A DNA stretch of 64,000 nucleotides from Chiloscyllium plagiosum (GCF_004010195.1 NC_057719.1:83140158-83204157); one strand, 5' to 3'. Shown: positions 1 through 15,210, counted from the first letter of the stretch. Made by a program: numbers and translations. The notes: a model not told the origin generated them from the sequence alone.

Positions 1-840
1 TGTATCGGTGTTACAGTGAGGGGTGTGGGGTATATCGCTGTTACAGTGAGGGGTGTGGGGTATGTCGGTGTTAAAGTGAGGGGTGTGGGGTGTATCGGTG
101 TTACAGTGTGGGGTGTGGGGTATATCGCTGTTACAGTGAGTAGTGTGGGGTATATCGGTGTTACAGTGAGGGGTGTGGGATATATCGCTGTTACAGTGAG
201 GGGTGTGGGGTACATCGCTGTTACAGTGAGGGGTGTGGGGTGTATCGGTGTTACAGTGAGGGGTGTGGGGTATATCAGTGTTACAGTGCGGGGTGTGGGA
301 TATATCGCTGTTACAGTGAGGGGTGTGGGGTATATCAGTGTTACAGTGAGGGGTGTGGGATATATCACTGTTACAGTGAGGGGTGTGGGGTATATCAGTG
401 TTACAGTGAGGGGTGTGGGGTATATCAGTGTTACAGTGAGGGGCGTGGGATATATGAGTGTTACAGTGAGGGGTGTGGGGTGTATCGGTGTTACAGTGAG
501 GGGTGTGGGGTATATCAGTGTTACAGTGAGGGATGTGGGGTATATCGGTGTTACAGTGAGGAGTGTGGGGTGTATCGGTGTTACAGTGTGGGGTGTGGGG
601 TATATCGGAGTTACAGAGAGGAGTGTGGGGTATATCAGTGTTACAGTGAGGGGTGTGGGGCATATCGGTGTTACAGTGAGGAGTGTGGGGTATATTGGTG
701 TTACTGTGAGGGATATGGGGTATATCAGTGTTACAATGAGGGGTGTGGGGTATATCAGTGTTACAGTGAGGGGTGTGGGGTGTATCGGTGTTACAGTGAG
801 GGGTGTGGGGTATATCGGTATTACAGTGAGGGCTGTCGGG
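1..840. repeat. 30-bp G-rich minisatellite, about 28 copies, cut by the window edge
   Basis: Unit TATATCGGTGTTACAGTGAGGGGTGTGGGG repeats in register with the 60-nt lines. Confidence 0.98.
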
Positions 841-877
841 TTCATGACGGATGAGTGATGGTGTGGTCCAGATTCTA

Positions 878-1120
<243 letters not shown>

Positions 1121-1487
1121 TCAAGACTTGGATTGTAGACTCACCCAAAAGCTGGGCGCAAATCATCTCTCAACTCTGGACCGGGTCATTCAATGACTGA
1201 CTAACCCCCAACTCTGGAAAGAGCAAAGCATCGAGTATCTCCAAGAATATCCAATCCTTACTCATGAGGAGAATGTACAAATGAGAATTCAATGGCCGTC
1301 TCATCTTCAAATTCCATGAGAACACCACAGCGAATTAGAGTCATTGCCATAGTCAGACAGCATGGAAATGGACGCTTTGGTCCAACCCATCCATGATGAC
1401 CTGGTTTCTCCAACTAAACCTGTCCCACTTGCCTGTGTTTGGTCCGTATCCCTTTAAACTCATCCCACCTCGCACCCCCCCCCCCCC

Positions 1488-1962
1488 ACTTGCCTGGATG
1501 GGTGCAGCTCCAACAACATTCAAGATGCTTGACACATAAAGTAGCCCGCTTGATTGGCACCACACCCACTTCCTCCACTCCCGGAAGTAGCATAAGTGTG
1601 TACTACCTACGAGACGCACTGTAGAAATTCACCAAAGATCCTCAGACAGCACCTTCCAAACCCAAGAGCACTTCCATCCAGATGGACAAGGGCAACAGAT
1701 AAATGGGAGCACCACCACCTTCAAGTTCCCCTCCAAACCACTCACCATCCTGACTTGGAAATATATCACTGTTCCTTCAGTGTCACTGGGTCAAGATCCC
1801 AGACTTCCCTCCCTCAGGGCATTGTGGGTCAACCCACAGCAGGTGAACTGCAGTGGTTCAAGATGGCAGCTCACCCCCACCTTCTCAAGGGGCAACTAGG
1901 GACGGGCAACAAATGCTGGCCCAGCCAGCGATGCTCACATTCCACAGACGAATAGAAAAAAA
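1488..1962 (+). mobile_element. L2/CR1-group LINE 3' fragment
   Basis: Decayed ORF2 end (AWMGAAPTT...ARLIGT...) plus tail ...GGGCAACTAGGGACGGGCAACAAATGCTGGC...; the same family recurs at 8456 and 35380. Confidence 0.75.
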
Positions 1963-2313
1963 AACTTCCCTATTCATGCACGAACAATTGTCCTCTAACC
2001 CTGTTCAAGCGATTCAGCATTGCCAACTTCACACACAAACATGTGGAATAACGTAACCCAGCATACAGGGAGATGCCGATGACTTACTGCAATACAACTG
2101 ATCACTGCCCAGAGAAAGGACACTATCCCAAATTTACAACTAGGGTTTCAGCTATTTCTTTACCATTTCTCTGCGTAAGGGTCTCACTGCTGGGCTGCAC
2201 AGTGGCATTGAATTATAAGGCTGGATCTACACTGTCACTGCTGCAAAATCATATGCATTTTAAATAACACGGAGAGGGAAGATTAACCCGAAAGCAAGGC
2301 CACGGATTCCTTA

Positions 2314-2562
<249 letters not shown>

Positions 2563-3082
2563 TCATCAATGCTCAGTAGCCTCCATGCTTTCCCCGTGAA
2601 TAATTGCGAGTGTCATGCTGATGGCTGGCTTGGGGACGACGCTCCGCGCAGGGGTAGGCCAGACCGAGATTTATGTGCAAATCTAGCAAATACCCAATCG
2701 GTTTGTCCTTGCATGAGTGTTTCTGACAAGATTGGAACTTATTATCCATCTCTGCTCTGACAAGCTAAAGTTGGGTCTTCTTCTTAGAGAGCACTCACAG
2801 TACAGAAACAGGCGATTCGGCCTATTCTGGGGTTGATACTTGACACAAACTTTGAACCATCGTACCGAATTTTAGTGGCAGTTTGATACAACTGGTTACT
2901 ATGAAGGCAATTAAAAGTCAATCACGATGGCATAGAACTGGAGACATATAGAAGGGTGACTATTAATCAAGGACTGGGTCATTCAGTAAGATAAACACTA
3001 CATTATTACACCCTGTAGGATACAAGGAGCTACCTCAAGCGTGGCGACCACGAGCTTGACACAAAGGGTGATTTACTCTAAG

Positions 3083-3425
3083 TTTTTATTCATTCACTGG
3101 CCTAGGTCAGCATCCACTGCCCATCCCTAATTGCCCAGTGGACAATTCAGAGTCAACCATGTTGCTGTTGGTCTGGAGTGACATGTTAGGCCATACCGGG
3201 TAAGGATGGCTGTTTCCTTCCCTAAAGGACACTAGTGAGCCAGATGGGGTTTTCCCAATCAACAATCACAGTCAGCATTAGACTTGTAATCCCAGATTTT
3301 TCTTTTTTATTTTGAATTCAAATTCCACCATCTGCTGTGGTGGGATCCAAACCCAGGTCCCCAGAACGTTTCCTGGGAATCTGGATTAGTGATCTATTGA
3401 TAATACCGTTGGGTCATCACCTCCC
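3083..3425 (-). mobile_element. tRNA-derived SINE with LINE-type tail
   Basis: Minus strand starts GGGAGGTGATG...GGGTTTGGATCCCACC (B-box-like) and ends in the same tail as the L2-group LINE; partial copies at 11995-12145, 39820-39975, 52480-52885. Confidence 0.65.
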
Positions 3426-3649
3426 TTAATGAAGTGTAAACTATGCTACACTTCACCTGGGAATGCTTGACAGAGCGTGAAACATGGGAAGGAGTTCCAA
3501 ATCTCAGCCGGGTCCTTCAGTGATCTTGGGTAAAACTTTGGGAGAGAGACTCAGGAGCTAACCAGCAATGCCTGTCTGAAATTAGTTCCAACACAACAGT
3601 CATTCCCCTATCAGGACCTGTGACTACAACAAGCCAGCCATGATTCACA

Positions 3650-4316
3650 ACAAGTTGGTTTGCAGGTGCAGCAGGTAATTAAGAAGGCAAATGGAATATC
3701 GTCCTTCATTGCTCAAGGGATGGAGTTTAAATGCAGGGAGGTTGTGATGCAGCTGTATAGGGTGCTGGTGAGACCACACCTGGAGTACTGTGTATAGTTT
3801 TGGTCTCCTTTCTTGAGCAAGGATGTACTGGTACTGGAGGGGGTGCAGAGGAGGCTCACTGGGCTGGTTCCAGAGTTGAGGGGGTTGGTTTATGAGGAGA
3901 GACTGAGTAGACTGAGGGATTATATTCATTCGAATTTAGAAGAATGAGGGAGAATCTTATAGAAATGTATAAAATTATGAAGGGAATAGATAAGGATAGG
4001 AAGCAGGGAGGGTGAAACTAGAACTAGGGGACACAGCCTCGAAATAAGGGGGAGCAGATTTAGGACGGTGCTGAGGAGGAACCTCTTCACCCAGAGGGTT
4101 GTGAATCTGTGGAATTCCCTGCCCAGGGAAGGGGTTGCGGCTTCCTGGTTGAATGTTTTTAAGGCAAAGATAGATTTTTGAACAGTAAAGGAATTAGGGG
4201 TTGTGGTGAACGGGCGGGTAAGTGGAGCTGAGGCCATGAATAAAGATCATCGGTGATCTTATTGAATGGCGGGGCAGGCTCAAAGGGGCCAGATGACCTA
4301 CTCCTAATGTTCTTAC
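3650..4316 (+). mobile_element. CR1 LINE 3' fragment
   Basis: LYRVLVRPHLEYCVxFWSP and FTQRVVNLWNSLP motifs followed by a CR1 3' UTR. Confidence 0.88.
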
Positions 4317-4524
4317 GTTCAGACATGCAATGTTGTGGAAAAGATTTTTCCTCACTGGGAATTTGGTATGGCTGACTGAAGGAGAAAGACAGAAGACAGC
4401 AATATTTGTAAAGGACTGGGAGATAGGGCAACCTATGATGATGGAACGACACAGAACCAAAAAGCAGACGTTAGTCAGTTCCGATGCAGTAGGAAATGGC
4501 CATTCGGTGTTCCATTTGCATACA

Positions 4525-6040
4525 CTTCATGTCAGGAATAAAAGAATGACTAGGGTAGGAATAGGTCCAGTCAAGGATAGTAGTGGGAAGTTGCATGTGG
4601 AGGCGGAAGAGATTGGGGAGACACTGAATGAATACTTTTCTTCAGTATTTACTCAGGAACAGGGCATTGTCGTCGATGTGAATACTGAGTCACAAATAAG
4701 TAGAATGGATGGCTTTGAGGTATGTAGAGAAGAGGTGTTGGAAATCCTGGAAAAGGTGAAAATAGATAAGTCCCCTGGGCCTGATGGCATTTATCCTAGG
4801 ATTCTCTGGGAAGCAAGGGAGGAGATTGCAGAGCCATTGGCCTTGAATTTTATGTCCTCTTTGTCTACAGGAGTAGGCCCAGAAGACTGGAGGATAGCAA
4901 ATGTGGCTCCCTTGTTCAAAAAGGGGAGTAGGGATAACCCTAGTAACTATAGGCCGGTGAATCTCACTTCTGTTGTGGGCAAAGTCTTAGAGAGAATTGT
5001 AAGGGATAGGATTTATGCACATCTGGATAGGAATAATGTGATCAAGGATAGTCAGCAGGNNNNNNNNNNNNNNNNNNNNNNNNNNNNNNNNNNNNNNNNN
5101 NNNNNNNNNNNNNNNNNNNNNNNNNNNNNNNNNNNNNNNNNNNNNNNNNNNNNNNNNNNNNNNNNNNNNNNNNNNNNNNNNNNNNNNNNNNNNNNNNNNN
5201 NNNNNNNNNNNNNNNNNNNNNNNNNNNNNNNNNNNNNNNNNNNNNNNNNNNNNNNNNNNNNNNNNNNNNNNNNNNNNNNNNNNNNNNNNNNNNNNNNNNN
5301 NNNNNNNNNNNNNNNNNNNNNNNNNNNNNNNNNNNNNNNNNNNNNNNNNNNNNNNNNNNNNNNNNNNNNNNNNNNNNNNNNNNNNNNNNNNNNNNNNNNN
5401 NNNNNNNNNNNNNNNNNNNNNNNNNNNNNNNNNNNNNNNNNNNNNNNNNNNNNNNNNNNNNNNNNNNNNNNNNNNNNNNNNNNNNNNNNNNNNNNNNNNN
5501 NNNNNNNNNNNNNNNNNNNNNNNNNNNNNNNNNNNNNNNNNNNNNNNNNNNNNNNNNNNNNNNNNNNNNNNNNNNNNNNNNNNNNNNNNNNNNNNNNNNN
5601 NNNNNNNNNNNNNNNNNNNNNNNNNNNNNNNNNNNNNNNNNNNNNNNNNNNNNNNNNNNNNNNNNNNNNNNNNNNNNNNNNNNNNNNNNNNNNNNNNNNN
5701 NNNNNNNNNNNNNNNNNNNNNNNNNNNNNNNNNNNNNNNNNNNNNNNNNNNNNNNNNNNNNNNNNNNNNNNNNNNNNNNNNNNNNNNNNNNNNNNNNNNN
5801 NNNNNNNNNNNNNNNNNNNNNNNNNNNNNNNNNNNNNNGTTAGGTTCTTCACTCAGCGAGTTGTAAGTTCATGGAATGCCCTGCCAGTAGCAGTGGTGGA
5901 CTCTCCCTCTTTATGGGCATTTAAGCGGGCATTGGATAGGTATATGGAGGATAGTGGGTTAGTATAGGTTAGGTGGGCTTGGATCGGCGCAACATCGAGG
6001 GCCAAAGGGCCTGTACTGCGCTGTATTCTTCTATGTTCTA
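4525..6040 (+). mobile_element. CR1 LINE ORF2 fragment (RT) spanning the assembly gap
   Basis: DKSPGPDGIYPRIL...DWRIANVAPLFKKG...NYRPVNLTSVVGK before the gap; FFTQRVVSSWNALP and a TTCTATG tail after it. Confidence 0.9.
5060..5838. other. Assembly gap (779 N)
   Basis: Run of N. Confidence 1.
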
Positions 6041-6086
6041 TGTCACACAGTTTGACCCTTATGTACAATGCAGCAGGTGCCTCCTA

Positions 6087-6251
<165 letters not shown>

Positions 6252-7607
6252 TCAAGTGATTCTGCCACAGACTGCCCACAAAGGCACTCACAGCAGAGAT
6301 AGCAAGCCAGCCAGTACACCAAGTACAAATGCAAATCTCCTGTTTATCATAAAATTAATAAAATTGCATGCACAGACTTTTGCATTTACAAATTACCCAA
6401 CAGATACAGCCACAGAGAAAATGTTTGTTCATTAACAAGCCAGTGTGTTACCTTTAGTCAGTTTCCTTTTCAGTTTCTGCACGTTGCATAAAATAAACCC
6501 TTTAAATCATACAAGTCTCTTAACAGTGCATGCACACATTGTCATTGGCTATTTGTTTGGTATCTGCTCGTTTTGAGGGCATTGGTCTCCCTCCAGGAGT
6601 GTCATTCACATGGAGAGTGCTGGTGATGTGGTAAAATGGTGCTGTTGATCCATTTCCATTTTTCTGTGGCTGATGGGCATTCTGTAATCTGGGCCAGTGG
6701 TACAGTTTCACTAGTTGTACCATGATGTCTATGGTTGCAAAGATATACCTGGTCATTTGTTTAGTTGAGGTGATAACAGCTCAAAACAGGTTCCGAATTG
6801 CTATTCGGACTGGCTTTTGACGAGAATGTTGAATGTTTGCACTCTGACTGGCTCTCTAGTGCTCACCTCTGGCAATGACTTAGCCATTTTATCAAAGTGA
6901 AATTTGGCCGCCATTGAGACTTTTCGCCCATGTCTCACGTCCATTACTTCAGGCTTCGGTGGCAGTTTCACGACTGGGAGAATGTTCTGGGTGTGGTGTG
7001 ACATTCCTCTGTAGCTTGCTGAGCTTAGTGTTTATAGAGTCATAAGGTTGTACAGCACGGAAACAGACCTTTAAACTCATCCATGTTGACCAGATATTCT
7101 AAATTAATCTAGTCCCATTTGCCAGCACTTGGGCCATATCCCTCTAAACCCTCCATATTCACGTAATTATCCAGATGCCTTTAAATGTTGCAAATGCACC
7201 AGCCTCCACCACTTCCTCTGGCAGCTCATTCCATACACGCTCTTGTCTCCCTCAGTCTCAAGATAATTCCTTAATGGCTTGCACTTAGGCATCTCTTGTC
7301 TCATCTATTTACTCAATTCCTTTCTGACAAGATGCATCTTGGACTACCACTTCATCTGTGTCCGCCCTAAACTCTTTGATAGCAACAAGTGTGTTCTTGG
7401 TACTTTCAGGCCAACGTTTCCTCACTCCTCCCTGCAGTATTTGATGTGTGACATCATGCTGTACTGTCTGCTTGATTTCAGCAAGTCAGTTATCTTTCCC
7501 ATTCTGCTAAACTGACACCTTACAGAATGTGGAGCTGCTGCTTTCACTGCATTCTGGGAGATGTCACACTCCCTTGTAGTGGTCAAAAAAAAACATTCAC
7601 CAGAGGG

Positions 7608-7820
7608 TGGACAAAGTTAAAAATCACACAACACCAGGTTAGAGTCTAACAGGTTTATTGGAAGCACTAGCTTTCGGAGCACTGCGCACAACCACCTGAT
7701 GAAGCAGCGTCGCTCCGAAAGCTAGTGCTTCCAAATAAACCTGTTGGACTATAACCTGATGTTGTGCGATTTATAACTTTGTACAGCCCAGTCCAACACT
7801 GGCATCTCCAAATCATGACT
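7608..7820 (+). mobile_element. Penelope-like insert with inverted arm and hammerhead motif
   Basis: Arms 7611-7680 and 7712-7782 are reverse complements; 9-bp TSD ACCAGAGGG at 7599-7607 and 7821-7829. Confidence 0.75.
7693..7727 (+). ncRNA. Minimal type I hammerhead ribozyme motif
   Basis: CAC-CTGATGA-A-GCAGC-GTC-GCTCC-GAAA-GCTA-GTG; helix I CAC/GTG, one mismatch in helix II, palindromic AGCT at helix III. Confidence 0.65.
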
Positions 7821-8455
7821 ACCAGAGGGAGTGCTATTCCCAACACCAATGTCTACAATGTATGTTTGTTACCACTGCTTTTCCTTCACATCCAGATGGA
7901 AACAAAATTGCATTCCTTGCAGACACTTGGAACAGATAGAGGCGGTTTCAGGAAGTGGCTTATAGGTGAACAACGCTGTCGCTTTGTCTCTCCCAAAGGA
8001 ATGGTGCTCAAAATAGTCACAAGCAAAGACAATGGCCAGGCGCTCTTTTGTCATCTGAGCATTGTTCAGTTTGCATGAAAGGTCTGGATGCAAAAAGGAT
8101 TGCTGCCACAGATTGCTCCCTGGCATCACACCACAGGGTGATTTAGCACGGACGTACCGCAGCACTGACACGGCCATGACTAGCTGTTTAATGTAAAGTG
8201 AAAGCTGCTTATTGTTCTGTGCCCCATACCATGGAACATCTTTTGCACTGAGCTTGTGTACAGGTTCATACCCTCTGATGACAATTACACAAGAGCTTTG
8301 CTAAGTCATTCATAAATCCAACAAATCATTGCCTTGCTTTCACCTCCTTTGGTTGCTGCACCTCTGCTTCAGCTCTCACCTCGTTAGGATCTGGACAAAG
8401 TCTTTCCGCTGTCAGTAAGGGACCTGTGTGTTTGACTTCAGGCATCTGATTCAAC

Positions 8456-9070
8456 TTGACTCACCACATAAACACTGGCTACAAGAGCAGGTCAGAAGCT
8501 AGGAATACCGTAGTGAGTAACCTCCTGACTCCCGAAAACCTGACCACCATCTACAAGGCACAAGTCAGGAGTGTGATGGAATACTCCCCAGTTGCCTGGA
8601 TGGGTGCAGCTCCAACAACACTCAAGCAGCTTGATACCATCCAGGATAAAGCAACCTGATTGATTGGCACCACATCCACTTCCTTCACCACTGACGCTCA
8701 GTAGCAGCAGTGTGTACTATCTACAAGATGCCCTGCAGAAATTCACCAAAGTTCCTCAGACAGCACATTCCAAACCCATAACCACTTCCATCCAGAAGAA
8801 CAAGGGCAGCAGATACATGGGAACACCACCACTTTCAAATTCCCCTCCAAGCCACTTATCATCCTGACTTGGAAATATATCACCGTTCCCTCACTGTTGC
8901 TGGGTCACAATCCTGGAATTCCCTCCCTAAGGGCATTGTGGGACAACCCACAGCAGGTGCACTGCAGCAGTTCAAGATGGCCGCTCACCACCGCCTTCTC
9001 GAGGGGCAACTAGGGATGGGCAATAAATGCTGACTCCGCCAGCATTGCCCACATCCCATAGATGAACAAG
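8456..9070 (+). mobile_element. L2/CR1-group LINE 3' fragment
   Basis: IYKAQVRSVMEYSPVAWMGAAPTTLKQLDTIQDKA plus the family 3' tail. Confidence 0.8.
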
Positions 9071-9507
9071 AACCAAAATCTTCACTTGCACTTGTCTCTT
9101 GCTGAGCTCAGGTTCATCCCGGAAGTTCTCTCTAGCCTCACATGAGAATCTGATCATACTTTGCAATGGCTTTTTTCATTGTGTCTCCACCTCCCAGGCC
9201 AGCAGATCATGCACCATAGCTTACACTCTAGGAAGATCACCTTGTAGAGTCGGCGATGATTTTTCTGAAGCGTGAAAACTGTCAAAAGGCATTTGCAACC
9301 ACCGAGATCGCCCACTTGGTACCGATAACGTAGTTAGAATACTGCTGTTTGCAACTTAATGTTACAGCAGAGGGAGTGCTACTCTCAACACCTATTGTGG
9401 CAAATAGGAATTAAATGGCCAGTTGTCAGTCAGGAATACCATGCGAAAAATAAATGAATAGTGAGTCCAAAGTCTACATACTGACTGAACCCTGAAATAT
9501 TCCATTA

Positions 9508-9756
<249 letters not shown>

Positions 9757-10054
9757 CTAGGGACACTCACAAAGTGGTGAAAGGCTTAATTAGGGAGGTG
9801 GGTTAACACAGAACTCCACAGAATACACAGCTACAAAAAAAGACCAACCTGCCCAACTATTTAATGCCAGTATTGATGGTAGGGACAGCCACCCTCACAC
9901 CCCTCTTTATCGAACCCCATCAGCATCTCCTCCTTCTCCTTTCTCCCCATGTGCTGATCTAGCTCCCTCCAAATGCCATCACCTCACTAATCCACATGCA
10001 GCGAGTTCCATCTTCTCATTGCTGTCTCAGCAAAGAGGTTTCCCCTGATTTCTT

Positions 10055-10500
10055 ACACACACAATTTCACACACAGAGAGGCACACATACATAGACAATT
10101 CCACACATACGAGGATAATTTTGCGCATGCACACACACACACACAGAGGTGCACAGACATGGACCATTTCACACATACAAGGACAACTTCACACACATAC
10201 ACATACACAGAGGCACACATGCATAGACAATTTCACACATACGTAGATAATTTCACATGCACACACACAGACACACATACACATGGATAATGTCTCTCTC
10301 ACACACACACACACACCCCGACAATTTCACACACAGAGGCACACATACATGGTTAATTTCACTCATATACACACACACACAGGCACATGGACAATTCCAC
10401 ACACACACATACACATGGACAATTTCAAACATACTTGGACAATTTCACATACACAGGCAGACATAAACACAGACAATTTCACTCACACACACACATGCTC
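10055..10500. repeat. Degenerate CA-rich minisatellite
   Basis: Recurring ACATGGACAATTTCACACAC units interspersed with (CA)n. Confidence 0.85.
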
Positions 10501-10825
10501 AAGGTCTACTTTTTCAAATCCCATCAAAAATACAGAAACTCTTAAAGGAAGATAGAGAGGGTGGGAGGGGTGAGACGTAAACAGGGGGTGACAGAAAAAA
10601 TACCAGATTTTAGGGCCAAGATGCACAAGGTAAAGGTGAAGTGAAGGGAGCGATGGTGGGGTGAAGAAGAGAAGCAGAAAGGCTGACATTGGAGGAATTA
10701 GCAGTAATACGAGTGAAAGAGTTCAGAACCAGGGAGATTTTCCCTATGAAGGGATATGAATACAGAGTGAGGATTTTCAATGGATGCTGTTTGGGCATCA
10801 AGAGCCAATACAGGTCAGGCGTGAT

Positions 10826-11115
10826 AGAATCAGAATCCTGACAGTGTGGGAGCAGGCCACTCGGCCCATTTGAGTCCACACTGACCCTCTGAAGAGCAGC
10901 CCCACCCTATCCCTGTAACCTTGCCTATCCTATGGTTAATCTACCTAGCCTGCACATCTTTGGACTGTGGGAGTAAACCAGAGCACCTGGAGGTAACCCA
11001 CGCAGACACTGGGAGAATGTGCAAACTCCACACAGACAGTCCCCGAGGCAGGAATTGAACGTGGGACCCTGGCGCTGTGTGGCAGCAGTGCTAACCACTG
11101 AGCCACCGTGCTGCC
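10826..11115 (-). mobile_element. HE1-type tRNA-derived SINE
   Basis: GGCAGCACGGTGGCTCAGTGGTTAGCACTGCTGCC head, V-domain GGAGTTTGCACATTCTCCC, CR1-like tail. Confidence 0.88.
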
Positions 11116-11222
11116 TGTGATAGGTGAGCAGCATAATCACAGAAAACTAAGAACAATGTATTAACGCGGATCACAGAGTGAGTAGGCAACCCTCCGCACA
11201 ACGAAAGCACACTAACTGTTCA

Positions 11223-11396
<174 letters not shown>

Positions 11397-12649
11397 TCAC
11401 ATCTCTCACATGGCCATCAATGGATACCTCAACACCCACAAGCCAGAGAACGCATAAAAAAACCCCCACAAAAACTACAAGTGAAAAGCAGAAAACTCCT
11501 GCTGTCACTCAGGAACTGCGTTTGTAGTCTTTGGTTTCACGTACTCGCCCAGCCCCCCGCCTCCCTGTGGCGGATATCGGCACAAGGTTTTACCTTGCTC
11601 CAGACCCCTCAACCATCTCTTCGACAGGCAACCTGACTGTTAATACTCTGAGTCTGAGCTCATCAATGGCATAACAACTGCAAAGGACACTCAAACCGGA
11701 CAGATCGAACAGTGTGAGTCAGACAAAGAGGGCTAGTCCCCCTGCTCCACTGTCAGGGAGAGAATCTGAAAACCAACATCGAGATATCTTCCGCCTTGGA
11801 CGCAGCTCAGGGACCAGGGGCCTCTGCCATGTTTGCGCCAAAACAAACATTCGCTGAGGAGATGACAACCTGCTGGATGTTCTGGTACGATGAGAATCTG
11901 ATCAGAGTTAAATATCTTGGAATAGAAAGCAAGCAGGAGGAGGAATAAGTGACATCAGGAAACTCCAACCAACTAAAGATCCACTTTGGGGTTTCTTTTT
12001 ATTCATTGACAGTACGAGGGCATCACTGACCAGGCTGGCACTTACTGCCCATCACTAATTGCCCAGAGGGCAGTGAGTAGTCAACCATTATTGCTGTGGG
12101 TCTGGAGTCACATGTAGGCCAGGCTGGGTAAGGATGGCAGATTTCAACATTATCCAAATTCCACGTGTTCACAGGTCAGTATGGGTGTCATAAGTTTATT
12201 GCTTGTAGTTGAGCAAGTGGCCCTTGAGGCTTGCCATTCTCAGGATTATTTCCCAATATTTGTTTGGCACCAAACAACAGAAATGTCTTTCAGTCAGCCT
12301 CAACACCTTATAGGTATGGCCCTACATTCTCAGCACTATCATCAAACCCCTTTGATCAATGTAAATACAGGAGCAAAACGGGAAACAGGGCTGGCATAAG
12401 GTCAGTGATCATGGAATGGAATGGCTCAGCAGGATCCAGGGGCTGAATGGTCTCCACCTGTTTGATAGAAATAACAGAACCCCGCCAGGGCTTATAGAGA
12501 CTACGCAGCTCTACGAAACGTTTGCAACAAAAACTTCCAGCTCGGCGAACAGAACCACAACAACGAGCACCCGAGCTACAAATCTTCGCACAAACTTTGA
12601 ACTTATTGAATCATTTCAGAATGATAGAAGTCTCAATGCAACGGGCCTA

Positions 12650-13790
<1,141 letters not shown>

Positions 13791-14177
13791 TGGAGGAACA
13801 GAGGCTCAGGGTGTTGCAGTACTGCATTGGCGTCGGAGTAGGCCCCTTAAGCTGGAGATCGTCCGCTCTGTCCATTTTTTTTCATTTTTCTCTTTGCTTT
13901 GTTTTTCTTTCTCTTTCTTTCTCTCTCTCTGCTTCCCTCCATCCGTCAGACGGCGCTGGAGGTGGGGAGTCAAGCTGGCTTGGACTTGATGGACTCTCAG
14001 TCTCGAGGTGAAACCCAGGGCAGACTCCCTGCTTTAGAAGGGCTGTAAACGCTGAACTTTTAACTTGATTTCTTTACTTTGCGAATTTATACCCAAGACT
14101 TTGTAACTAAGATGGTGCCGGAAATGGCGACTTTGTAAACGCTTCACTGTACTCCTGTGACAACAAAACCTAACTGT

Positions 14178-14720
14178 GACTGTGTACAGTTCTGGGCGCC
14201 ACATTACCAAAAGGATGTGGACGCTTTGGAGAGGGTGCAGAGGAGGTTCACCAGGATGTTGCCTGGTATGGAAGGTGCTAGCTATGAAGAGAGGTTGAGT
14301 AGGTTAGGTTTGTTTTCACTAGAAAAAAGGAGATTGAGGGGGGACCTGATTGAGGTTTACAAAATCATGAAGGGTATAGACAGGGTGGATAGAGATAAGC
14401 TTTTTCCCAAGGTGAAGGATTCAACGAGAGGTCACGCTTTCAAGGTGAGAGGTGGAAAGTTTAAGGGAGATACACGCTGCAAATACTTTACACAGAGGGT
14501 GGTGGGCGTTGGGAACGCGTTGCCAGCAGAGGTGGTAGAGGCAGGCACGGTAGATTCATTAAGATGCGTCTGGACTGATGCATGAGTAGGTGGGGAGATA
14601 CAGATGCTTAGGAATTGACCGACAGGTTTAGACAGTGGATTTGGATCGGCTCAGGCTTGGAGGGCCGAAGGGCCTGTTCCTGGGCTGTAAACTTTCTTTG
14701 TTCTTTGTTCTTTGTTCTAA
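14178..14720 (+). mobile_element. CR1 LINE 3' fragment
   Basis: CVQFWAPHYQKDVDALERVQRRFTRMLPG...FTQRVV plus (TTCTTTG)n tail. Confidence 0.9.
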
Positions 14721-15010
14721 CTCTAATTCTATAGGGTCATGGTAGTACTACTAGACTCAATTACAAAGGGATCAAATCTTACCCATCATTGTCATGGAAT
14801 TTTAAATCAATTTAAAATCCAAGAAATATTCTTTTATAAACACTCATCTCTGTAAAGGTCAGCACAAAGCCCCACGCTGTAATTCAAATATTCAAGGATC
14901 TGTGGGACAAGTGCAGGAAATTGGGATTAATGTGTTTTTAGTGGTAGTTTGGTCAGTGCAGACTTGATGGGCCTTTTCTGTGAATCTGATTTATTCAGAT
15001 CCTTACCCAG

Positions 15011-15135
15011 GCAAAAGTGAGGACTGCAGATGTTGGAGATTAGAGTCGAGAGTGTGGCGCTGGAAAAGCACAGCCGGTCAGGCAGCATCCGAGGAGCAGG
15101 ACAGTCGATATTTCAGGCAAAAGTGTTTATCAGGA
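15011..15135 (-). mobile_element. Short Penelope-like insert (decayed hammerhead)
   Basis: Perfect 12-bp TSD ATCCTTACCCAG at 14999-15010 and 15136-15147. Confidence 0.8.
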
Positions 15136-15210
15136 ATCCTTACCCAGTCTGGCCTGTAGGCGATGCTAGCCCCACATCAGCATGAGGTGTCTGACAACTG
15201 TGTCAACCAA

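Larger units (their letters stand above)
6500..8440 (-). mobile_element. Decayed Gypsy/Ty3 LTR retrotransposon pol remnant, interrupted by later insertions
   Basis: RNase H-like NNAQMTKERLAIVFACDYFEHHSFGRDK...YKPL near 8000; post-integrase-like AKFHFDKMAKSLPEVSTREPVRVQ near 6870. Confidence 0.7.

Noticed and set aside
1..840. CRISPR-like array
   Set aside because: Head-to-tail units with no unique spacers, in a eukaryotic context with no cas genes
16..858. 280-aa and 204-aa repetitive ORFs (beta-solenoid-like or Cys/Tyr-rich)
   Set aside because: They arise from a 30-bp minisatellite lacking stops, are antisense within an intron, and have no supporting gene structure
4330..5967. 545-aa ORF
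   Set aside because: CR1 RT fragment read through an N gap; not a host gene
12513..12602. Another Penelope-like terminus (ACGAAACGTTTGCAAC...CTTTGAAC)
   Set aside because: Only the GAAAC half is present with no CUGANGA box, so it is not called as a ribozyme
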